A stretch of 64,000 nucleotides of DNA from Clostridiales bacterium (lineage in GTDB: Bacteria > Bacillota > Clostridia > Oscillospirales > CAG-272): positions 8,486 through 72,485 of the forward strand of contig DURE01000003.1 of the NCBI GenBank assembly GCA_012837425.1. The letters are read 5' to 3'. A program made the translations under genes and the position numbers. This document shows positions 29,960 through 36,918 of this stretch, in pieces; the first letter of the stretch is position 1; the number at the start of each line of letters is the position of its first letter. Under the pieces are notes generated by a model. That model searched no databases. It worked only from the letters and a program-made list of their open reading frames with translations, and was not told the DNA's origin.

Positions 29960-30721
29960 TTATATCCGCGCTGCGAGCTCCTTTGCAACCTCAAGATATT
30001 CAACAGCCCCCTTGCAGCTTTTGTCATGATAATAGACCGGCATACCAAACCCGGGAGCCTCGGATAGCTTGACATTTCGTGAAATAGTAGTTTTAAACAG
30101 CTTGTCCTGATAATGCTTTTTAAGCTCGGCTAAGACCTGCATGGAAAGCAACAGGCGCTTGTTGTACATGGTAACAAGTATGCCGGTAACTATCAACTTC
30201 TCATTATAAAGATGTTTTATTCGGCTAACGGTTATCATCAGCTGGGAAAGCCCTTCAAGAGCATAAAACTCACACTGCATTGGTATTATGACCCCGTCGC
30301 TTGCCGATAGAGCGTTTATAGTGAGCATACCTAAAGACGGCGGACAATCTATTAATATGTAATCGTATCCTTCTTTTACATTAAGAAGCGCCTTTTTTAG
30401 TTCTACATGGCTGTCATCTTCGTCAAAAAGCTGAAACTCAACGCCGGCAAGTGATATAATTGAGGGAACAACAGATAAGTTGTGAAACTTGGTCTTGACA
30501 ATAACCTCTCGTATGTCAGAGTTCCCTACAAGCAGGTCCTGAACCGAAAGCTTGAGGCTTCTTTTTGATATGCCGACGCCGCTTGTTGAATTGCCCTGTG
30601 GATCAAGATCGACAAGCAGCACTTTATAACCGAGAATTCCGAGAGAAGCTGCAATATTTACAGCGGAGGTGGTTTTTCCTACGCCTCCTTTTTGGTTAGC
30701 TAAAGAAATTATTTTGCCCAT
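29960..30721 (-). CDS. parA: Chromosome partitioning ATPase ParA (Soj)
   Basis: 253 aa. Deviant Walker A LANQKGGVGKTTSAVN; DLDPQGN; ILIDCPPSLG. Confidence 0.95.
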   Translation of the reverse strand: MGKIISLANQKGGVGKTTSAVNIAASLGILGYKVLLVDLDPQGNSTSGVGISKRSLKLSVQDLLVGNSDIREVIVKTKFHNLSVVPSIISLAGVEFQLFDEDDSHVELKKALLNVKEGYDYILIDCPPSLGMLTINALSASDGVIIPMQCEFYALEGLSQLMITVSRIKHLYNEKLIVTGILVTMYNKRLLLSMQVLAELKKHYQDKLFKTTISRNVKLSEAPGFGMPVYYHDKSCKGAVEYLEVAKELAARI

Positions 30722-30756
30722 AACACACCCCCAAAAACTGAATATATATTAAGAGT

Positions 30757-30785
30757 ATTATACCACGCTTGCATGGATTTAGCAA
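30757..30785 (-). promoter_or_regulatory. Sigma-A-type promoter for parA
   Basis: Minus strand TTGCTA (30785-30780), 17-nt spacer, TGgTATAAT (-10 at 30762-30757). Confidence 0.6.
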
Positions 30786-30805
30786 CACTAAAAATAAAAA
30801 TATTA

Positions 30806-30821
30806 AGTTTCACGTGAAACA
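30806..30821. promoter_or_regulatory. parS site 1 (AGTTTCACGTGAAACA)
   Basis: 15/16 match to the palindromic parS TGTTTCACGTGAAACA. Lies 21 bp upstream of the parA -35. Confidence 0.85.
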
Positions 30822-30843
30822 TATTAATAAAAGACACAAACGA

Positions 30844-30859
30844 TGTTTCACGTGAAACA
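30844..30859. promoter_or_regulatory. parS site 2 (TGTTTCACGTGAAACA)
   Basis: Perfect 16-bp palindrome of the Firmicutes parS type. Preceded by CGA, as in site 3. Confidence 0.9.
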
Positions 30860-30866
30860 TTAAGAA

Positions 30867-31799
30867 TTAGAGAGGCGATGTTTCACGTGAAACAATGCGC
30901 GGATTTTTAAAAACAGTAACCGATATGCTGTAAGAATTCTTTGTTTCCTCTGTGCGGGTTTCGACAGAAATTCCGGATTTTCGAAGCAAAGCGGCGGCGT
31001 TTTCAATTGTATTTGTCAAAACACGAAGGTCCTTAACGATACCGGTTTGGTTTTTGGTTGTAACTTGTCCGATTGAGTTAGCTTTATTGATTTGATGTGA
31101 ACTTTCGGATAAATATTGAAGATAGTTGTCAACAAGCGCCTCGGTTGAAGCGACATTTAGCTTGTCCTTTGCAATCAAATTAATAAAACGGATTCTTGAG
31201 GTTGTGTCCGAAACCCGAAGCAAAGTACGCGCGTGGCGCTCGGTAAGCCCTGACCTAAGTATCAGCTCCCGCTCTTCAGGGGAATAGCGGAGCAACCTCA
31301 GCTTGTTGGCGACTGCCGATTGACTGAGAGATACACGGGAAGCGACATCTTCCTGAGTTAAATTGAATGTAGATATAAGCAAATTGAAGGATTCGGCCTG
31401 CTCAAACATATTTAAATCGTCTCTGAGCAGATTTTCTATTATTGACAGTTCGGCAGAACCCATGTCTGAGGAATCAATGACATTGCAGGGTATCGCTGCA
31501 AGCCCGGCAATGATGGCTGCTCTATAGCGCCGCTCGCCACAAATAATTTCATAACCTGGTCTGTCATCCCGATTTATGGTTCGCACGGTTATGGGCTGAA
31601 GAATTCCGTATCTCTTTATGGAGTCGGCAAGGCGTAGCAGCGAGACCGAATCAAAGGATTTTCTGGGTTGAAACCTGTTTGGGGAAATCAAATCAACGCT
31701 GATTATGCTTATTTTTGTGTCACGGTGGTTATTGGCCGCAGTATCGGACCGGACTATTGAATTCTGGCTTCGCCTTTTCGTTAGCGCCGGCAATTGCAT
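30867..31799 (-). CDS. noc: Nucleoid occlusion protein Noc-like (ParB-family paralogue)
   Basis: 310 aa. PNRFQPRKSFD, GILQPITVR, ICGERRYRAAIIAGL, SQSAVANKLRLLRY, LTERHARTLL, LNVASTEALV. The pattern matches Noc better than Spo0J, and the position is between rsmG and parA. Confidence 0.75.
   Translation of the reverse strand: MQLPALTKRRSQNSIVRSDTAANNHRDTKISIISVDLISPNRFQPRKSFDSVSLLRLADSIKRYGILQPITVRTINRDDRPGYEIICGERRYRAAIIAGLAAIPCNVIDSSDMGSAELSIIENLLRDDLNMFEQAESFNLLISTFNLTQEDVASRVSLSQSAVANKLRLLRYSPEERELILRSGLTERHARTLLRVSDTTSRIRFINLIAKDKLNVASTEALVDNYLQYLSESSHQINKANSIGQVTTKNQTGIVKDLRVLTNTIENAAALLRKSGISVETRTEETKNSYSISVTVFKNPRIVSRETSPL
30879..30894. promoter_or_regulatory. parS site 3 (TGTTTCACGTGAAACA), inside the 3' end of noc
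   Basis: Perfect palindrome. Encodes the last residues ...VSRETSPL of the noc ORF. Confidence 0.9.
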
Positions 31800-31985
31800 T
31801 AAGTTACCTCCTCCTGTCTATTAATATTTCATTTGCAACTATTGGACAAGCTGTTGGGGGAAAGCTTTATTATAATAGCACTACAAAATAAAAAAAACCG
31901 TCGAAAAGTCGGCGGTAAAAAAAGAACGGGAGCAATCAAATAATATTAATATTTGTGTAAATGGAGCGGGAAATCCAATTGAAAG

Positions 31986-32017
31986 GTAAAAGAAACCGCT
32001 CACAAGAGCGGTTTTTT
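31986..32017 (-). terminator. Hairpin terminator overlapping the rsmG stop
   Basis: Minus strand AAAAAACCGCTC ttgt GAGCGGTTT followed by CTTTTAC. A second hairpin plus T8 lies at about 31889-31925. Confidence 0.5.
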
Positions 32018-32728
32018 AATTATCTGAGCAAAATTTCTCGGAAAATTATCCGGTGTTTTTCCGAGCTTTTCGGTTATGATAAGTGTTCTCGGAATAAGTT
32101 GCGTATCAATTCGCAAATTATATGTCAGAATCCTGGGAATATCAGCGCCAAGCTTCGGGAAAGCGCGCGTTTCGTTTAGTTCGCTGGATCCCTCAGGGCC
32201 TTTCATTGCAAGGAAGATACCGCTCGGGCGAACAAAAGGAACAGAGAGTTCTGCCAGGACCGGAAGGGGTGCGAGCGCACGGGAGATAACTGCATCAAAG
32301 CTGTCACGCAAAACTGTTCGCGCGGCTTTCTCGGCGCGGGCACAAACGCAGCGCACATTTGTAAGCTCAAGACGGGATATGCATTTCTCAACAAAGCTGA
32401 TTTTCTTTTTAACGCTGTCAAGCGCGGTCACATTAAGGTCGGGGCGTACAATTGCAAGTGGTAGAGAAGGGAAGCCGGCGCCGCAGCCAATGTCGATAAG
32501 AAATGAGTCGCCGGGGACATGCTCTGCGACAAGCAGGGAGTCGACAAAATGCTTGTAAATGATACCCGGCGTATCCTTTATTGCCGTGAGGTTGTATTTT
32601 CCGCTCTCCTGTTGCAATAGGTCTGCCAACAAGAACAAATGCTCTCTGGCCCGTTTGGTTAACAAATCGGCAATTTGGTTTTCATAAAACGCCACCTCAA
32701 GAGCCGAGTTAAGTTCATCCTTATTCAT
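32000..32728 (-). CDS. rsmG: 16S rRNA (guanine527-N7)-methyltransferase RsmG (GidB)
   Basis: ORF 32000..32803. ATG 32728 follows AGGAGA. SAM motif IDIGCGAGFPSLPLAI. Confidence 0.9.
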   Translation of the reverse strand: MNKDELNSALEVAFYENQIADLLTKRAREHLFLLADLLQQESGKYNLTAIKDTPGIIYKHFVDSLLVAEHVPGDSFLIDIGCGAGFPSLPLAIVRPDLNVTALDSVKKKISFVEKCISRLELTNVRCVCARAEKAARTVLRDSFDAVISRALAPLPVLAELSVPFVRPSGIFLAMKGPEGSSELNETRAFPKLGADIPRILTYNLRIDTQLIPRTLIITEKLGKTPDNFPRNFAQIIKKPLL

Positions 32729-32808
32729 ATTATCTCCTATACAAAACGGGTAGTAATTATACAAAACAACAAAGCCGGCCGGGCCGATAACAGAAAAAAG
32801 CAAAAAAC

Positions 32809-34680
32809 CTATTTCTTCCCGAAATAAATCAGCAAAACCGAAACATCAGCAGGGTTGACACCACTGATACGTGAAGCCTGTCCTATATTACGGGGTTTGA
32901 AGCGGTTGAGCTTTTGCGCCGCTTCGATGCGCAGCCCGCGGATAGCAGAATAATCTGTATCTGCCGGGAGATAAAAGCCCTCAAGCTTGGCAAGCCTCGC
33001 CGCCTCAGCCTTGCCTCGCTTGATATAACCCTCGTATTTTATGTTAATTCCGGTGGTAATAGTCACCGAGCGGGGAAGAGCCGGCCGGTCGGTGTCAACC
33101 GGGGCAATTTCGACATAGTCAAGCGACGGGCGACGCAAAAGGTCGGCCAGAGAGATGCCGGTGGCCACGGGAGACTCGCCGAGGCCCTCAAGAAAGGGGT
33201 TGACCAAAGCCGGGGAGAGGTATGTCTTCTCAAGCCTCTCGGTCTCAAGTTCAATGAGGCGACGCCGCTCAAGAAACCGGCGGTATCTGTCATCGGTTAT
33301 AAGTCCGACGCGCCGGCCAAGTTCTGTCAGGCGCAGGTCGGCGTTGTCCTGGCGCAGGAGCAGCCGGTATTCAGAGCGCGAGGTCATGATTCTATAAGGC
33401 TCGTTTGTTCCCTTTGTTACCAAATCGTCAATTAAGGTGCCAATATATGAGCCCGAGCGCTCAAGTATCAGCGGTTCCTCTCCCTTCAGTTTGAGCGCGG
33501 CGTTTATCCCTGCAACAAGCCCCTGCGCGGCGGCCTCCTCATATCCAGAGGTCCCGTTAAACTGCCCGGCGCCGTACAGCCCCGAAATTTCCTTAAACTC
33601 AAGCGTGGCACAAAGCTGTGTCGGGTCGCAGCAATCATATTCTATGGCATAGGCATAGCGCATGATTTCGGCGCGCGAGAAGCCCGGCAGCGAGCGGAGC
33701 ATCCGATACTGCACGTCTGCCGGCATGGAGGTTGAGAGGCCCTGCAGGTACATTTCTTCGGTGTCGCCCATCGGCTCGACAAAGAGCTGGTGGCGCTCCT
33801 TGTCGGCAAACCGGACAATTTTGTCTTCAATTGACGGGCAATAGCGCGTGCCGGTGCCGTGTATCTGTCCCGAATACATCGCCGAGCGGCCGAGATTCTC
33901 ACGGATGATGCGGTGGGTTTCGGGAGTCGTGTAAACAATGTAGCATTTAAGCTGCTCTAACCCTAAAAAAGCATCCTCGGGCGTGTCGGCCGAGAAGGGG
34001 AGAGGAAAATCCTCGCCGGGTTGCTCTTCAAGTGCCGAAAAATCAATCGTGCAGCGCCTCACGCGCGGCGGTGTTCCAGTTTTAAAGCGCATGAGGGTTA
34101 TTCCCTCGCGCAAAAGGGCGGCCGTGAGGCTGTTTGCCGCGCGGAGATTGTCGGGGCCGCTGCTGTAATTCACGTCCCCGACAAAAATTTGACCATTTAG
34201 ATATGTCCCGGGACATAAAATCGCGCAGTCGCAGCTCCAGACCTCTCCGAGATGTGTCATAACGCCGGAAACCCGCCTTCCGTTCGGTGCCTTTTCAATA
34301 ATAATATCGGTTATTTCGGCCTGGACAAGGCGGAGGCGCGGCGTGTTCTCGATAGTCTGCTTCATTATTTGATGGTAGCGCTGGCGGTCAGCTTGAATCC
34401 GCTTTGAGTGGACGGCCGCGCCCTTTCCGAGATTTAGGGTGCGGGACTGAAGGGTTACCCTGTCGGCTGCGCGCCCCATTTCGCCGCCCAGCGCGTCGAT
34501 TTCGTAGACAAGGTGCCCCTTGCCGGTACCGCCGATTGAAGGGTTGCAGGGCATGTTGGCAAGCGAATCAAGAGAAAGTGAAAAAAGTACGGTGTCAACG
34601 CCGAGCCTGGCACAGGCGAGCGCGGCCTCAATGCCGGCATGCCCCGCGCCGACCACGACGACCTGGGTTTTGTTGTGCAT
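32809..34680 (-). CDS. mnmG: tRNA uridine 5-carboxymethylaminomethyl modification enzyme MnmG (GidA)
   Basis: ORF 32809..34719 (TTG). ATG 34680 gives MHNKTQVVVVGAGHAGIEAALACARLG (FAD dinucleotide fold). Also GTPPRV and GQINGTSGYEEAAAQG-like motifs. Confidence 0.93.
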   Translation of the reverse strand: MHNKTQVVVVGAGHAGIEAALACARLGVDTVLFSLSLDSLANMPCNPSIGGTGKGHLVYEIDALGGEMGRAADRVTLQSRTLNLGKGAAVHSKRIQADRQRYHQIMKQTIENTPRLRLVQAEITDIIIEKAPNGRRVSGVMTHLGEVWSCDCAILCPGTYLNGQIFVGDVNYSSGPDNLRAANSLTAALLREGITLMRFKTGTPPRVRRCTIDFSALEEQPGEDFPLPFSADTPEDAFLGLEQLKCYIVYTTPETHRIIRENLGRSAMYSGQIHGTGTRYCPSIEDKIVRFADKERHQLFVEPMGDTEEMYLQGLSTSMPADVQYRMLRSLPGFSRAEIMRYAYAIEYDCCDPTQLCATLEFKEISGLYGAGQFNGTSGYEEAAAQGLVAGINAALKLKGEEPLILERSGSYIGTLIDDLVTKGTNEPYRIMTSRSEYRLLLRQDNADLRLTELGRRVGLITDDRYRRFLERRRLIELETERLEKTYLSPALVNPFLEGLGESPVATGISLADLLRRPSLDYVEIAPVDTDRPALPRSVTITTGINIKYEGYIKRGKAEAARLAKLEGFYLPADTDYSAIRGLRIEAAQKLNRFKPRNIGQASRISGVNPADVSVLLIYFGKK

Positions 34681-34740
34681 TATTGTAAAGCTGCCCCGAT
34701 TTTTTAGGGTTCCTTTCAAAAAGCATTGATAAACAAGGAG

Positions 34741-34759
34741 ATTCTACTCACAGTAGAGT
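34741..34759. repeat. 19-bp palindrome, copy 3 (ATTCTACT cac AGTAGAGT)
   Basis: Its rc shares 18 nt (AACTCTACTGTGAGTAGA) with copy 2. One arm mismatch. Lies between ahcY and mnmG. Confidence 0.7.
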
Positions 34760-34763
34760 TGAA

Positions 34764-34777
34764 ATTCCCCGGGAAAT
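34764..34777. promoter_or_regulatory. Noc-binding-site-like palindrome (ATTCCCCGGGAAAT)
   Basis: 13/14 match to the B. subtilis NBS core ATTTCCCGGGAAAT. The right half-site GGGAAATA is perfect. Confidence 0.5.
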
Positions 34778-34780
34778 AGG

Positions 34781-36028
34781 TCAATCGAATTCAAAAAGAT
34801 ACCTTTGCTGCTCCTTTGACAGCTTGTCAATGCTCGCCCCGAGCGAGGCGAGCTTGAGCCAGGCGACTTCTTTGTCTATTTCCTCGGGGACCGGGTAGAG
34901 CCGGGGCTCAAAACCGTCCCCGTTTTTGGCAAGATATTCAAGGCACTTGGCCTGAAGCGAGAAGGACATATCCATTATTTCGGCCGGGTGTCCGTTGCCG
35001 GCGGCAAGGTTGACAAGCCGACCTTCGGCGAGCAGGTTCAGTATTCTGCCGTCGGGCAGGCGAAAGCCTACTATGTTGGGTTTTCGCTCTTTGATTTCAA
35101 CCGCCAGCCCGGCCAGCGCCCGCTTGTCTATCTCTACGTCAAAATGTCCGCTGTTGGCAAGCAGCACCCCGTCCTTCATAACCAGAAAATGCTCGCGCCG
35201 TATGACATCGCGGCAACCGGTCAGAGTGACGAACAGGTCGCCCAGCGGCGCGGCTTCTTCCATCGGCATCACCCTGTAGCCGTCCATTATCGCCTCAAGG
35301 GCGCGCACCGGGTTTATCTCGGTGACGATAACATTGGCGCCCAACCCCCGAGCCCGCAGGGCAAAGCCCTTCCCGCACCAGCCATACCCGGCGACAACCA
35401 CGGTTTTGGCGGCTACTATCAGGTTGGTGGTGTTCATGATGGCGTCAATCGTCGACTGGCCGGTCCCGTAGCGGTTGTCAAAGAGGTGCTTGCACTCGGC
35501 GTCATTGATATTTATCATGGTGTAGTCGAGCTGTCCGGCCCGCTCGCGCTCGCGAAGCCGGCGGATGCCGGTGGTGGTTTCTTCACAGCCGCCGATAAGG
35601 TTTTTGCCATACTCCCGGCACCCGCCATGAAGAAGTGAGATAAGGTCGCCGCCGTCGTCGATTATCAGGTGCGGGCGGCAGGCGAGCGTTGCCATAAGGT
35701 GGGCGGTGTATTCGGCCTCGGATACGCCGTGCCGGGCATTCACCTCAAAGCCGGCCGCGGCCAGGGCGGCGGCGACGTCGTCCTGGGTTGAGAGCGGATT
35801 GCAACCGGTTACATGCACCTCGGCGCCTCCGGCGCGAAGCGTTTCTGCCAGATATGCGGTCTTGGCCTCAAGATGAATCGACATGGCTACTCTCATGCCC
35901 CGGAAAGGCCGGGAGGCCTCGAATTCGTCGCGTATGCCCGAGAGCACCGGCATATATGATGTCACCCAGTTTATTTTATCTCGCCCCTGAGAGGCAAGTG
36001 TAATATCCTTTATATCCATATCGCTCAT
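34781..36028 (-). CDS. ahcY: Adenosylhomocysteinase
   Basis: 415 aa. ...MPVL..., HLEAKTA, CNPLSTQDDVAAAL. NAD fold VVVAGYGWCGKGFA. Confidence 0.92.
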   Translation of the reverse strand: MSDMDIKDITLASQGRDKINWVTSYMPVLSGIRDEFEASRPFRGMRVAMSIHLEAKTAYLAETLRAGGAEVHVTGCNPLSTQDDVAAALAAAGFEVNARHGVSEAEYTAHLMATLACRPHLIIDDGGDLISLLHGGCREYGKNLIGGCEETTTGIRRLRERERAGQLDYTMININDAECKHLFDNRYGTGQSTIDAIMNTTNLIVAAKTVVVAGYGWCGKGFALRARGLGANVIVTEINPVRALEAIMDGYRVMPMEEAAPLGDLFVTLTGCRDVIRREHFLVMKDGVLLANSGHFDVEIDKRALAGLAVEIKERKPNIVGFRLPDGRILNLLAEGRLVNLAAGNGHPAEIMDMSFSLQAKCLEYLAKNGDGFEPRLYPVPEEIDKEVAWLKLASLGASIDKLSKEQQRYLFEFD

Positions 36029-36054
36029 AGGTATTCCTTTCGTTTATTAGGGTA

Positions 36055-36918
36055 TCAGATCGGCACAGAGACGACACAAGTGTCGGTGCTGTTTTGTTTC
36101 CGGTAGGAGCTGGGAGTCTGCTTTAAGTGCTTGATAAAGGCGCGGTTGAAAGTGCGCAAGGTGCCGAAACCGACCAGCTCGCTGATTTCTGTAATGCTCT
36201 TGTCGGTCTGGCGCAGATAACGGCAGGCCTGGGAGACGCGCAGCGAATTGATATAGTCGTTGAACCTGATATTGAGCCGGTCACTGAAAAGATGGGAGAT
36301 ATAGTACCTGTTGATATGAAGCTTATCCTCCAGCGCCGCGAGCGAGAGCGGACTGGTATAGTTTTTCGAGCAATAATCGACCACGGCCTTCAGCGCCTGA
36401 GTCTCTCCCGAGTGGAGCTTGGTCAAGGGGAGCCGGCGCAAAAGCTCCCCGAAAAAGGCGAGCAGATACCCGCGCAGAATAATATCCCGGTGCCTACTGT
36501 CGCCCTCCTCACAGACCACCCCGGCAATTTTATAGAGCAGCTCGACCAGCTCAGGGTAACGGTCAACATTTTTCAGGAGGTTGGTTTCTGGGAGGCCCGA
36601 ACCGATTATTGCGGCAATCTCGGGAATAATATCCGGCCCGACAATAAACAGCATGTATTTTTCGGGCTCGGTAGTGACAAACCGGTGAATCTGATTGGGA
36701 AACGCGATGAATATATCGCCCGGGCAGAGCTGATATGCCGCCGAGTCGGCATACCCGACAGAATGTCCCTCAATCATGTAGACAAATTCAATATGGTGGT
36801 GCAGATGAGGATGACAGCCGAGCTTGACACGGTGGTTTTTGTCGGTGCGGTAATAAAAATCAGTTTTTCGTTTTTCGTACAGCGGAGTCATTACGTCCTC
36901 CGTTCGTTGTTTATGCAT
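36055..36918 (-). CDS. AraC-family transcriptional regulator with N-terminal cupin-like sensor domain
   Basis: 287 aa. C-terminal double HTH: LSLAALEDKLHINRYYISHLF...ITEISELVGFGTLRTFNRAFIKH. Alternative start at 36891. Confidence 0.88.
   Translation of the reverse strand: MHKQRTEDVMTPLYEKRKTDFYYRTDKNHRVKLGCHPHLHHHIEFVYMIEGHSVGYADSAAYQLCPGDIFIAFPNQIHRFVTTEPEKYMLFIVGPDIIPEIAAIIGSGLPETNLLKNVDRYPELVELLYKIAGVVCEEGDSRHRDIILRGYLLAFFGELLRRLPLTKLHSGETQALKAVVDYCSKNYTSPLSLAALEDKLHINRYYISHLFSDRLNIRFNDYINSLRVSQACRYLRQTDKSITEISELVGFGTLRTFNRAFIKHLKQTPSSYRKQNSTDTCVVSVPI

Noticed and set aside
36029-36054. Possible SAH riboswitch upstream of ahcY, and possible T-box upstream of serS
   Set aside because: The spacers are only 26 nt each, too short for either RNA.
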